The translations under genes were made by a program, and so were the position numbers. From NCBI GenBank assembly GCA_039028935.1, contig JBCCHD010000004.1, positions 49,043-113,042 on the forward strand: DNA of 64,000 nucleotides. The letters are read 5' to 3'. Numbering within the stretch: the stretch's first letter is position 1; each line of letters begins with the position of its first letter. The stretch is from Pseudomonadota bacterium. Lineage in GTDB: Bacteria > Pseudomonadota > Gammaproteobacteria > Steroidobacterales > SZUA-146. Positions 1-9,250 of this stretch are shown piece after piece. The notes beneath the pieces were generated by a model. The model saw only the letters and a list, made by a program, of their open reading frames with translations, made no database searches and was not told where the DNA came from.

Positions 1-391
1 CAAAGCCGACGTGGTGCGTCCGGGTAACGATTTATCCATCATTACCTATGGCACGATGGTGCACGTGTGCGAGGCAGTGGTGCGCGATAACGAACTCGAT
101 GCCGAAGTAATCGATCTACGCTCAATGCTGCCGTTGGATATCGATACCATTGTCGAGTCAGTGCAAAAAACCGGCCGCTGCTTGATCGTGCACGAGGCCA
201 CGCGCTTCAGTGGTTTTGGCGCCGAACTTTCCGCGCAGATCCAGGAACGCTGTTTTTGGAGTCTGGCAGCACCGATACAGCGTGTAACGGGTTGGGACAC
301 GCCCTATCCTCATGCGTTTGAGTGGGAGTACTTTCCTGGGCCCAGCCGCATTATGGCCGCGATTGATAAAGTGATGAAGGAATCGGCATGA
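1..391 (+). CDS. bkdA2: Branched-chain 2-oxo acid dehydrogenase E1 beta subunit, C-terminal part (5' end outside window)
   Basis: The frame is open to the window edge. The E1-beta C-terminal sequence includes RVTGWDTPYPHAFEWEYFPGP. Its stop overlaps the start of the E2 gene (ATGA at 388-391). Confidence 0.8.
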   Translation, partial: KADVVRPGNDLSIITYGTMVHVCEAVVRDNELDAEVIDLRSMLPLDIDTIVESVQKTGRCLIVHEATRFSGFGAELSAQIQERCFWSLAAPIQRVTGWDTPYPHAFEWEYFPGPSRIMAAIDKVMKESA

Positions 392-1728
392 GCGAACATA
401 TTTTCACGCTGCCCGACTTGGGCGAAGGCACGGTCGAAGCCGAAGTCTCCGAATGGCATGTGAACGTCGGCGACCTGGTCAAAGAAGACCAGCCGGTAGT
501 CGACATGCTCACGGATAAGGCGGCAGTCGAAGTGCCCGCGCCAGTCACCGGCACCATCGTTAAACTGGGTGGCGAACCGGGTGACATCATCGCGGTCGGC
601 GCACCACTGGTTGTGTTCGAAACCGACGCCAGTGTAAACGTCAACGCGGCGCCTTCGGCGGCCAGCGACAAACCGCGCTCTGCTTCGACCCCAGCGCCTG
701 CCGCCCAGGCTACACCCTCCGAAACGCCTAATGCCGAACCGTCACGTGCAACGGTTGCGACGGCACCCATAGCGCCGCCAGCGCCACTGCCTGCAGTGAA
801 TCTCACCGCCTCCACACCGGCGCCGGCACCGGCGGGCATTCCAAAAAGCGTCACGACTGCAAAGGTACTCACGTCGCCGGTGATTCGCCGGCTCGCGCGA
901 GAACACCGCATCGATCTGGCCGAGATCGAAGGCACCGGCTCGCGGGGGCGCATTTTGCGCGCGGATTTCGACGCGCATCTGGTCAAACTCGAACGCGGTC
1001 CCGCGCCGATTCCACCGCGCAAACGAGTGGGCGCGAAGGAAGTCAAAGTGATTGGCATGCGACGCATCATCGCGCAGCGCATGAGTGCGAGTAAATCGGA
1101 GATTCCACACTTTTCATATGTCGAAGAAATTGATGTCACCGAACTCGAACAGTTTCGCCAACTGCTCAATCAGCAGTACGCCCAATACGGCGTCAAATTT
1201 AGCTACTTGCCTCTGCTCGTTCAGTGTGTCGCCAAAGCCCTTGCGCGCTTCCCTCAGTGTAACGCGCTCTATGACAAGGAACGCAATGTACTCGTACAGC
1301 ACGATCCCGTGCACGCCGGAATCGCCACGCAAACACCCGACGGACTCAAAGTGCCGGTCGTTCATCACGCGGAGGCCATGTCGTTGCCGCAACTCGCACA
1401 AGCCATCGCCTCAGCCGCTCAAGGCGCCCGCGACGGCAGCGCCTCGAAGCATCAACTCACCGGGTCTACCATCACCGTGACAAGCTTAGGCAAACTGGGT
1501 GGCATCGCCTCAACGCCCGTCATCAACCAACCAGAAGTGTCGATCATCGGCGTCAATCGCGCGGTCGAACGCCCCATGGTCGTGAACGGTGGCATTCATA
1601 TCCGCCGTATGATGAACCTCTCGGCTTCATTTGATCATCGTTTCGTCGATGGTTATGACGCCGCTGAATTTATCCAAGCCATAAAAGAGATGCTCGAAAA
1701 CCCGAGCCATACCTTTTCGGCTGGGTAA
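388..1728 (+). CDS. bkdB: Dihydrolipoamide acyltransferase (E2) of a 2-oxo acid dehydrogenase complex, probably branched-chain
   Basis: 446 aa. It has a lipoyl domain with lipoyl-lysine motif MLTDKAAVEVP, then an Ala/Pro-rich linker. An E3-binding segment follows (SPVIRRLAREHRIDLAEIEGTGSRGRI), then a catalytic domain with SFDHRFVDG. Confidence 0.85.
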   Translation: MSEHIFTLPDLGEGTVEAEVSEWHVNVGDLVKEDQPVVDMLTDKAAVEVPAPVTGTIVKLGGEPGDIIAVGAPLVVFETDASVNVNAAPSAASDKPRSASTPAPAAQATPSETPNAEPSRATVATAPIAPPAPLPAVNLTASTPAPAPAGIPKSVTTAKVLTSPVIRRLAREHRIDLAEIEGTGSRGRILRADFDAHLVKLERGPAPIPPRKRVGAKEVKVIGMRRIIAQRMSASKSEIPHFSYVEEIDVTELEQFRQLLNQQYAQYGVKFSYLPLLVQCVAKALARFPQCNALYDKERNVLVQHDPVHAGIATQTPDGLKVPVVHHAEAMSLPQLAQAIASAAQGARDGSASKHQLTGSTITVTSLGKLGGIASTPVINQPEVSIIGVNRAVERPMVVNGGIHIRRMMNLSASFDHRFVDGYDAAEFIQAIKEMLENPSHTFSAG

Positions 1729-1936
1729 CGACAGACCGAGCTCTCGGTCGCGCGAAGCCGTTGCCGTCGTTCAAACGCGATTGAAAGGTGGCCGCTCGTT
1801 GTAACGAACTGTATGGGTTGATTAAAAATCGCTTCAGCGCACCGCGCAATCAGCCTTATTTTATGCGTACAGCAGCGGTGTTCTAGGCAATATTTTCGAA
1901 CCGAAAAGTCATGCTACCCTACTTATCACGGAATAA

Positions 1937-4021
1937 TTGGTGATCAGCATGGACGTAACGCGAGTTTGGCGCAGAGGCTTCAATCACTTGAACCCTCGAG
2001 GCTTTGGTCTTGTCGCGGTATTTTTCGCCGTCACATGGACACTCAACGTGTTCGCAAGCGAATTACCGCCCGAAATTATCATCCAGCAGTTTCTTCCGGA
2101 GAACGGTGGCACCGGCGCGGATGGCGTATTCATTGACAGCGATCAACCTTGTAATCAGGTTGGCTTTGCTGTTTCCTCAGCCGGTGATTTCAACGGCGAC
2201 GGCATCGAAGACTTTGTGGTAAGCGCCCCAAACGTGGGCTGCATCTTGAGCGGGGGTTACGGCGATGTGTTTGTTGTGTTCGGCACAGCCACCGGCTTCC
2301 CTCCCTACCTGAATATTCGAGATTTGCTACCTGAAAATGGTGGAGACGGCAGTCAGGGCATTGCCCTGCGCGGCCGATTTCCTTACGACTACACGGGCTA
2401 TTCGGTCGACACACTCGGCGATTTCAATGGCGATGGCATTGATGACATTGCCATTGGCGAACCGTTTTACCCCTACCTGGAAACTAATACCGGCGCGGTC
2501 TACGTCTTGTACGGTTCTGCCGCCCCTTTTGCCGCACACATTGAACTTGAGTCGTTGCTGGCGGAAAACGGCGGTGACGGGTCAATCGGGTTTGTGGTGT
2601 TTGGCCATAAGTTGCGTAGCCGAACCGGTGAAACCGTCAGAGGCGCCGGCGACGTGAATGGCGACGGCCTCGGCGATTTATTGGTAAGCGCACACCGTGC
2701 TGAAGTGTCCGACGCCGAATATGTCGGACACACATATCTGTTGTTTGGCTCGGCGTCGACTTTCCCCCCGAGTTTCTTTTGGTCCGTACTTGACCCGCAA
2801 AATGGTGGTGACGGCTCACAGGGCGTGATATTCAAAGGCAATACTCCGGGTGGCAAACTTGGCATAGGCATCGACGCGATCGGCGATTTCAATGGCGATG
2901 GCTTGGATGATATTGCGATCGGCCAAAGTCAGGGCGGTAATAACCCCGACCCAATTTTCGGCAACAACGGAAGAGCGTTTCTCATTTTCGGCTCCACCGA
3001 TCCCTGGCCCGCCGAATTCGACCCCGATGCACTACTTCCTTCGAATGGCGGCGACGGTAGCTCGGGTGTGGTGTTCGATGCGTCAAGCAGTATCCGAGCC
3101 CTGGGTTTCGAAGTCAGCCAGATCGGCGATTTCAATGGCGATGGCCTGGACGATATCGCCCTGAACGCCATCTGGGACTCGGGCGAGAGCACCGCGATCA
3201 CCGAGTTTTCACCTGATGGGATTGTCTATGTGGTGTTCGGCGAACAAGGCTATTCCCAGCCTGTATTCGATGTGACGAATTTGGCTGGTGTCAATGGCGG
3301 AGTCGGCGATCGGGGTTTTGTGGTGCATCCTGCCGTCGAAGGCCACTACCTGGGAAGGACCTTATCGGGCGGCGATGACATAGACGGTGACGGACTCGAT
3401 GACCTGTTGATTAGTTCGTTGTTCAGCCTAAAAGCCTACCTGCTTTACGGCACAAATACCGACAGTCCGTCAGATGTCTTTGTCAGCTCCCTATTGATTG
3501 AAAACGGCGGTACGGGCGAGAAAGGAGTGGTCATTAAAAGCCAACCGCCCGATGGTCTCGGCCATTTTGGCGAAATCGTTGGCATGATCGGCGACATTAA
3601 TAATGATGGATTGGGCGATCTCGCCGTCAGTGATTTGAGACACGGCGACAGCGGCTTTCCCGATACCAGAAAAGCCGGCTCTCTGGCCGTTGTATTCGGC
3701 AAGCCCAAAGTGTTTATTGATCCCGATCAAGATCAAGATGGTGTGCCCAATCAACAAGACAACTGCACTCTCGCGCATAATCCACAGCAACAGGATGCTG
3801 ACGGTGACGGCTATGGCAATGTCTGTGATGCCGATTTCGACAATAACTGCGTCGTCAATTTTTTGGACTATGCGACTATCGCCGAACAGTTTTTAACGTC
3901 GAGTAATGTGGTTGACTTGAACTCCGATGGCGTTGTGAACTTCACTGATATAAGCCTCTTTGCGAATCTATTCTTGCAGCCCGTCGGGCCATCAGGATCG
4001 ACGTTTACCTGCCTTCCCTGA
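1937..4021 (+). CDS. Secreted FG-GAP (integrin-alpha-like) repeat protein with C-terminal thrombospondin-type-3 / dockerin-like calcium-binding module
   Basis: 694 aa with an N-terminal hydrophobic signal (FGLVAVFFAVTWTLNVFA). It has seven GDFNGDG[IL]DD-type FG-GAP motifs, each preceded by an NGGDGSxG motif. The C-terminus carries DxDxDG repeats (DQDQDGVPNQQDNC, DADGDGYGNVCD) and two DxNxDGxVNFxD segments. The start may be GTG 1937 or ATG 1949. Confidence 0.85.
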   Translation: MVISMDVTRVWRRGFNHLNPRGFGLVAVFFAVTWTLNVFASELPPEIIIQQFLPENGGTGADGVFIDSDQPCNQVGFAVSSAGDFNGDGIEDFVVSAPNVGCILSGGYGDVFVVFGTATGFPPYLNIRDLLPENGGDGSQGIALRGRFPYDYTGYSVDTLGDFNGDGIDDIAIGEPFYPYLETNTGAVYVLYGSAAPFAAHIELESLLAENGGDGSIGFVVFGHKLRSRTGETVRGAGDVNGDGLGDLLVSAHRAEVSDAEYVGHTYLLFGSASTFPPSFFWSVLDPQNGGDGSQGVIFKGNTPGGKLGIGIDAIGDFNGDGLDDIAIGQSQGGNNPDPIFGNNGRAFLIFGSTDPWPAEFDPDALLPSNGGDGSSGVVFDASSSIRALGFEVSQIGDFNGDGLDDIALNAIWDSGESTAITEFSPDGIVYVVFGEQGYSQPVFDVTNLAGVNGGVGDRGFVVHPAVEGHYLGRTLSGGDDIDGDGLDDLLISSLFSLKAYLLYGTNTDSPSDVFVSSLLIENGGTGEKGVVIKSQPPDGLGHFGEIVGMIGDINNDGLGDLAVSDLRHGDSGFPDTRKAGSLAVVFGKPKVFIDPDQDQDGVPNQQDNCTLAHNPQQQDADGDGYGNVCDADFDNNCVVNFLDYATIAEQFLTSSNVVDLNSDGVVNFTDISLFANLFLQPVGPSGSTFTCLP

Positions 4022-4095
4022 ATAGTCGCAGCGGGACCCATCAAGAATGGGCGCTCAGACGAACCGATTCGAGGAGCAAGCTAATGGCGAATCGG

Positions 4096-4902
4096 TTAGT
4101 CGACGACTCCACACCCACCCGATCGGGCCTTATTTAGATACGCGTAAAAATCAGACAGACTGAGTAGGTTTAACAACGCGGAGTTATTGGAGTAGCCGCC
4201 TAAGAAGCCAGTGATATCGCCATTCGCACCAATGTCGTTGAGCGGTCCGGTCAGAGTTAACGAGAACTTACTCGGATCGAGTTTCTTACCAAAAAATTCA
4301 GCGCGATCGCCATTTTTTAAGAAGTCGCGCGAATCCTCACCAAAAATTGCAGCCAAAAAAGCATAGTAAATCGCAAAACCTTGTGAGTGCATACCGATGG
4401 CCAACTCCAAGTAGCTGGGCTCACTTTCTTTTTGTCGGTTCTTACGCGTCGGGCTGTTTGCTCGAACAACGCCGCGCTCATGGGTTTTCGCAAACAGCCC
4501 TTTTCCTGGATACGCTAGCCGGTAATCGCCCCCACTCCTGTCACCGATGTTGTCCTGCGCGAACGGCATGACGAGTTTTCCGTAGGCAAATACGCTCTTT
4601 ACTTTTGCCGAGCTGTCACCCTCACTGATCACACCGTCCATCGACACGGCACCTCGAAAACTCAAAATATTTTCGCGTGGCAGACCGAGCCCACTGAAAT
4701 GAATTGATACGTCATGGGAGTAATACGACACACCTTTTCGATTTGGCTCAAACGCGGCCGTCACATCAATTTGGTGGATCACCACATCCCCCACCGGGAT
4801 ATCGGCCACTTCCGAAAACGTGATGGAACACGGATTGTCGGCCAGGGCTCGCACCGAAAGCATGAAACCCATCATCACTAAAAGGTGTATTTGGATACGC
4901 AT
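4096..4902 (-). CDS. Hypothetical secreted protein
   Basis: 268-aa ORF with a clear signal peptide (MRIQIHLLVMMGFMLSVRALA). I recognise no motif. It looks more AT-rich than its neighbours by eye, and is convergent with the FG-GAP gene. Confidence 0.55.
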   Translation of the reverse strand: MRIQIHLLVMMGFMLSVRALADNPCSITFSEVADIPVGDVVIHQIDVTAAFEPNRKGVSYYSHDVSIHFSGLGLPRENILSFRGAVSMDGVISEGDSSAKVKSVFAYGKLVMPFAQDNIGDRSGGDYRLAYPGKGLFAKTHERGVVRANSPTRKNRQKESEPSYLELAIGMHSQGFAIYYAFLAAIFGEDSRDFLKNGDRAEFFGKKLDPSKFSLTLTGPLNDIGANGDITGFLGGYSNNSALLNLLSLSDFYAYLNKARSGGCGVVD

Positions 4903-5012
4903 TCTGTTCCTCTCAACATGAAATCAGTCTTCGTTTTTTTGACCGTATGCGAGCGCTTGCCCGGCTCGTTTCTCTTCGCGCCGACGGTGGCGCCACGAGT
5001 AAAACCAACCGA

Positions 5013-6239
5013 TTACAATCGAATCACACGCAGCGACTGGCCTCTTTTAATTTGTGTATTCGCTGGAATAACGATTAGCACGTCAGCCGCGCACAATGCC
5101 CCCTGCACCGATGAAGACTGCGTACCGGAGGGTTCGACCACAAGATCTGGATAATCACTGACGATTCGACCACGCAGATGATCAACCCGATCACTCAGCT
5201 TGTCACTGGAGAAGCCCGCAATCGCCGGTAGCCGAGCGGGCAAGCGAAAATCAGCGCCTTTTAACTTAGACAAAAACGGCGCGCAGAATAGATGAAACGT
5301 AACGAATGACGACACCGGATTTCCCGGTAAACCCAACACCGGCGTGCCCTCCGCTTCACCGAACAGAAACGGTTTGCCGGGCTTGATGTTGATTTTCCAA
5401 AACTCGGTGCGACCAAGCGTATTGAGCGCAGCCTGCACATGGTCTTCTTCGCCAACCGACACACCGCCGATGGTCAGCACCGCATCATTATCCGACACGG
5501 CCTCGCTCAACACGCGTCGCGTCGCATCCAATGTATCGGGTGCGCGGTAGGCAGTGGCGTCACAGCCTAGCGCTGCGAGTGTCGACAGAATCATGGGCGA
5601 ATTGGACTCAATAATCTTGCCGGGCGGCAGCACCATCTCATTCGTTTGACGTCCGTCAAGCTCAGTCACATCCACCAGCTCGTCGCCGGTTGCGACAACG
5701 CCGACGCGCAACGGTTTAAACACATGAATTTGGCCGATACCTGACGACAACAAAAAGCCGATTTCTTGCGGCCGAATTTCCGTTCCTTGCCGAAGCACGC
5801 GGTCGCCCTGCTTCACGTCGTTGGCACGCCATCGGATGTTCACGCCCTCACGGAGTCCGCGGCGAATCTGAACGTGCTGTGCGTCGTACTCGCAGTTTTC
5901 CTGAATCACCACGCAGTTGGCGCCATCGGGAATTTCCGCGCCGGTAAACACCCGGGCCGCCGTGCCAGTTTCAAGCGGTACGGGCGCTTGTCCTGCCGCA
6001 ATGCGCTGTGACAGGCGAATGGATTGATCAAGGCGCACATCGCGCACGTTGACGGCAAACCCGTCCATCGCCGAATTATCGGCCGGTGGTGAATCAATTG
6101 CCGCATGCACATCCTCGGCCAGAACACGGCCGCACGCCTGCTTGACGGCGACAGCCTCACTCTCCGGCCGATGGCGCGGCACCGCCTCTTCAAGGCGCAG
6201 CCAAGCTTGTTCCAGCGAGAGTGCAACCGCCCCGGTCAT
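5013..6239 (-). CDS. moeA: Molybdopterin molybdenumtransferase MoeA
   Basis: MoeA-like sequence throughout (AMDGFAV, GGVSVGEEDH, LPGNPVS). I chose the ATG at 6239 (MTGAVALSLEQAW). It lies 2 nt after the moaB stop, and the longer ORF overlaps moaB. Confidence 0.85.
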   Translation of the reverse strand: MTGAVALSLEQAWLRLEEAVPRHRPESEAVAVKQACGRVLAEDVHAAIDSPPADNSAMDGFAVNVRDVRLDQSIRLSQRIAAGQAPVPLETGTAARVFTGAEIPDGANCVVIQENCEYDAQHVQIRRGLREGVNIRWRANDVKQGDRVLRQGTEIRPQEIGFLLSSGIGQIHVFKPLRVGVVATGDELVDVTELDGRQTNEMVLPPGKIIESNSPMILSTLAALGCDATAYRAPDTLDATRRVLSEAVSDNDAVLTIGGVSVGEEDHVQAALNTLGRTEFWKINIKPGKPFLFGEAEGTPVLGLPGNPVSSFVTFHLFCAPFLSKLKGADFRLPARLPAIAGFSSDKLSDRVDHLRGRIVSDYPDLVVEPSGTQSSSVQGALCAADVLIVIPANTQIKRGQSLRVIRL

Positions 6240-6241
6240 CG

Positions 6242-6751
6242 CTAAGACGCACCGCGATCGGCCAACAGCGTTCCGACGAAGTTGCAGGGTTTGTGGGTGC
6301 TGTCGAGCTGCTCTTTGACTACGCGCCATGCCGTGCGGCACGCGCCTGTCGACCCCGGCATGCACACCACCAGCGTATGATTGGCAAGCCCGGCAAACGC
6401 GCGCGACTGAATGGTGGAACTCCCGATCTCCTCATAGGACATCGCGCGAAACACTTCGCCGAAGCCTTCTACTTGCTTGTCAAGCAGCGGCCGAATCGCC
6501 TCGGGCGTGGAGTCGCGGCCCGAAAAACCGGTGCCCCCCGTGACGAGTACGACATGGATCTCACGGGAGGCAATCCACTCCGAAACGACCGCTCTGATAT
6601 CGTAAATATCGTCTTTGACCAACAGGCGATGGGCCAGTCCGTGACCCGCCTCGGTGAGTGCCTGGGACAAAAAATCGCCAGACGTGTCGTTTTCCAGTGT
6701 GCGCGTATCCGATACGGTCAGTACGGCAATAGTCAAAAATTGTTGTGTCAT
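6242..6751 (-). CDS. moaB: Molybdenum cofactor biosynthesis protein B (MoaB/MogA family)
   Basis: 169 aa with the MoaB pattern: TVSDTR, VLVTGGTGFSGRDSTPEA, LPGSTGA-like PGSTGAC. Confidence 0.85.
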   Translation of the reverse strand: MTQQFLTIAVLTVSDTRTLENDTSGDFLSQALTEAGHGLAHRLLVKDDIYDIRAVVSEWIASREIHVVLVTGGTGFSGRDSTPEAIRPLLDKQVEGFGEVFRAMSYEEIGSSTIQSRAFAGLANHTLVVCMPGSTGACRTAWRVVKEQLDSTHKPCNFVGTLLADRGAS

Positions 6752-6760
6752 TGGTCGTTC

Positions 6761-7513
6761 CTAAGTGACGGTATGCTGCCAGAGAAGGCGCGTGCCGACA
6801 GCCAGCACCAACACGCCGGTTAGCCGTTTTATCCAGGGGCCCGGCAGATGGCGAGCGCTCAAGCGACTGCCGATCTGCCCGCCAATGAGCACTGCAACGG
6901 GCAGCCATATGTACACACCAAACTCCGAGAAACTGAGCGAAGTTTCCGCCTGTTTGCTCAGCTGTCCAGCGAGTCCCGCCACTGAGTTTACCAAGATAAA
7001 GAAGCTCGCCGTAGCCGCTATTTTGCGGGCACCTGCAATGTGGAGGTGGTGCATCAATGGCGCAAGAAAAATGCCGCCGCCAATTCCGACCACGCCCGCC
7101 AAAAAGCCTAACCCACCGCCCAACACCGGCGCGAGTATCGGCCAGTTGTCCGACCGCGTTCGGTCCGAAGGGCCATACTGAGTAACCAATAGTAGGCCCG
7201 ACACAACCAATGCCGCGCCCAGCGTCAGCATGAAAACCGGCTGCGAAACCGCCAGTGTGCCGCCCAACCAGGCGGCTGGCACCGACGTGAACACCAGCGG
7301 CAGCATAGAGCGATAGTGCATGAGTCCAGCGCGGGTGTACTGCACAACGCCGCCACTGACCACCACGATGTTACAGATGAGCACGAGAATGGGCAGCAGA
7401 CGATAATCGAGGGTAGAGAGCGCTAACAGCGCCGCATAGGTTGAGCCCCCGCCGAACCCCACCATCGCATACACCAACGCAGTGACGCCGAACGCGGGTA
7501 GGAGTAGATTCAC
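6761..7513 (-). CDS. TauE/SafE (DUF81) family anion-exporter-like membrane protein
   Basis: 250 aa and very hydrophobic, with about 7-8 TM segments and Gly-rich helices (GFGGGSTYAALL, VGIGGGIFLAPL). The GTG start overlaps the mobA stop (GTGA). Confidence 0.75.
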   Translation of the reverse strand: MNLLLPAFGVTALVYAMVGFGGGSTYAALLALSTLDYRLLPILVLICNIVVVSGGVVQYTRAGLMHYRSMLPLVFTSVPAAWLGGTLAVSQPVFMLTLGAALVVSGLLLVTQYGPSDRTRSDNWPILAPVLGGGLGFLAGVVGIGGGIFLAPLMHHLHIAGARKIAATASFFILVNSVAGLAGQLSKQAETSLSFSEFGVYIWLPVAVLIGGQIGSRLSARHLPGPWIKRLTGVLVLAVGTRLLWQHTVT

Positions 7514-8112
7514 TCGGTGGGCCGTTCGCGGTTGGCAGACCCGCCGAACGGATCATTTACATTGGCAAACTCAACATCATCAAAACGTACAGGCACCGCG
7601 TGCCGCTGCATAAACGGGACAAGGGCCAGTCTTTGATCCATCAGGGCTTCCCGTACGAGGTGGACAAGCTTCGTATGAAGCACGGCACAGGTCGGAATGA
7701 GACTGCCACCAGAGACGGCGTAGGCAGCGCCGTCTCGTCGCGCTGCTTGGACGAGCTTGGCATACACCTGATTGGGCAAAGCAAGCTGGTCACAAGGGGC
7801 GACGGCCAGCCACTCATCATCGGTCGCCTGACAGCCGGCATAAATCCCGGCCAGCGGACCATGGTCAACAAAAGGTCCATCACCAATTACCGCATAACCT
7901 GCTGCTTCAAAAACGGCACGGTCGCGCTCGGTGTTAATGAACACCCGCTCACAACAGGCGCGAAGATTGGCCGCCGCAAACTCGAACAGTGGCACCGATC
8001 GATCGCCATCCGGCCACGGAACAAGCGCCTTATTGACACCTCCGGCGCGTCGCGCGCGCCCTGCAGCAAGCACCACACCCGTCACCTGACCGGGTTCTTC
8101 GTTCACCATCAA
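7510..8112 (-). CDS. mobA: Molybdenum cofactor guanylyltransferase MobA
   Basis: 200 aa with N-terminal nucleotide-binding motif GVVLAAGRARRAGGVNKAL. The start abuts the moaA stop. Confidence 0.8.
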   Translation of the reverse strand: MMVNEEPGQVTGVVLAAGRARRAGGVNKALVPWPDGDRSVPLFEFAAANLRACCERVFINTERDRAVFEAAGYAVIGDGPFVDHGPLAGIYAGCQATDDEWLAVAPCDQLALPNQVYAKLVQAARRDGAAYAVSGGSLIPTCAVLHTKLVHLVREALMDQRLALVPFMQRHAVPVRFDDVEFANVNDPFGGSANRERPTE

Positions 8113-9120
8113 CTAGCCGCCCGTATGGTGCATGTAACGCAGTACTTTGACTTCCGGTTCGTGGGAGAACGCATGACGCTCGGGTTTTTTGTGAATGCCC
8201 GCCAGTACCGCTTGCTGTATCGCCTCAATACTACCGGGATCACGACGTGTCACCGCACGCAAATCGATCGCGTTTTCATGGCCCAGACACAACAGCAACT
8301 TACCTTCTGCGGTGAGCCGCACGCGATTGCACGTCGAACAGAAATTCTCACTGTGCGGACTAATAAAACCGATGCGACTGGTGTGCCCTTCGATCACCCA
8401 GTAGCGTGATGGCCCGCCGCTGCTAGCAGTGGTTGCCATTAGTGGGTAGCGTGTCTCAATGACTTCGCGCACATCGCGACTTGAAAAAAACGCATCCTTA
8501 CGGCTGTGGTCAGTCACAACACCCAGCGGCATCTCTTCAATAAAGCTGATGTCCATCTGATGTGCTAACACGTAGTCTATTAGTGGCAGAATTTGTTGAT
8601 CATTGAAGCCGCGCATCACCACACAATTGAGCTTGATCCGACGAAACCCCGCCTGGCGTGCCGCCTCTAGACCCTCCAACACCCGCTCGAGCTTGCCGAC
8701 ACGCGTGAGATCTTTGAAGGTGGGTGCATCCAGCGTATCCACACTCACGTTGAGCCGATGCAACCCCGCATCGGCAAGTTGCGGCGCATAGCGCGCGAGC
8801 TGTGAGCCGTTGGTTGTCATGGCAAAATCATTCAGCCCATCTTCGGCACCCAGCTTTTCAATTAACCACATTATGTCGCGCCGAACTAAGGGCTCGCCAC
8901 CGGTCAATCGAATCTTGCTGACGCCAAGATGGATAAATGCCCGACCGATCAGCGCAAGCTCCTCGAGACTCAACACGTTTTTGCGCGGCAAAAAGGTAGG
9001 GTTTTCATCCATGCAGTAGCGACAGCGAAAATCACATCGATCGGTGACCGACATGCGCAGATAGGTCACACGGCGACCAAATGCGTCGCGAAGCTCGGAT
9101 TGTGTGGAGGTGTTCGGCAT
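8113..9120 (-). CDS. moaA: GTP 3',8-cyclase MoaA (radical SAM)
   Basis: Radical-SAM cluster motif CDFRCRYC, a C-terminal second-cluster region CSTCNRVRLTAEGKLLLC, and a terminal GG. I chose the ATG at 9120 (MPNTSTQ). Confidence 0.9.
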   Translation of the reverse strand: MPNTSTQSELRDAFGRRVTYLRMSVTDRCDFRCRYCMDENPTFLPRKNVLSLEELALIGRAFIHLGVSKIRLTGGEPLVRRDIMWLIEKLGAEDGLNDFAMTTNGSQLARYAPQLADAGLHRLNVSVDTLDAPTFKDLTRVGKLERVLEGLEAARQAGFRRIKLNCVVMRGFNDQQILPLIDYVLAHQMDISFIEEMPLGVVTDHSRKDAFFSSRDVREVIETRYPLMATTASSGGPSRYWVIEGHTSRIGFISPHSENFCSTCNRVRLTAEGKLLLCLGHENAIDLRAVTRRDPGSIEAIQQAVLAGIHKKPERHAFSHEPEVKVLRYMHHTGG

Positions 9121-9250
9121 GTAGAAAATGGTATAAATCGGCCTATGGCCTTTGAATCTCAAATGCTACCACAGACGCCCTGCTGGCCGGTTTGTTCCCA
9201 CGCGGCATCGCGTTACACTTTAGTGATAATTCCGCAGTGAGGAAAAGGCC

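Noticed and set aside
351-1169. 272-aa minus-strand ORF antisense to bkdB
   Set aside because: It is a shadow ORF typical of high-GC DNA. The translation is low-complexity (Ala/Gly/Ser/Arg-rich), lies entirely inside a well-supported gene on the other strand, and has no motif.
4061-4097. 10-bp inverted repeat between the convergent FG-GAP and hypothetical genes as a bidirectional terminator
   Set aside because: It has no flanking T or A run, and the right arm overlaps the stop codon of 4096-4902. I note it but do not call it a terminator.
6221-8409. Long plus-strand ORFs (6221-6823, 6765-7181, 7600-8409) across the Moco cluster
   Set aside because: They are antisense shadows of moaB, tauE, mobA and moaA. 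They are Arg/Pro-rich with no recognisable domains.
9121-9250. Possible Moco riboswitch between moaA and moaC
   Set aside because: Only about 130 bp are available for two divergent promoters and UTRs. I could not find the conserved Moco-riboswitch stems or motifs by eye. Infernal would be needed to exclude it formally.
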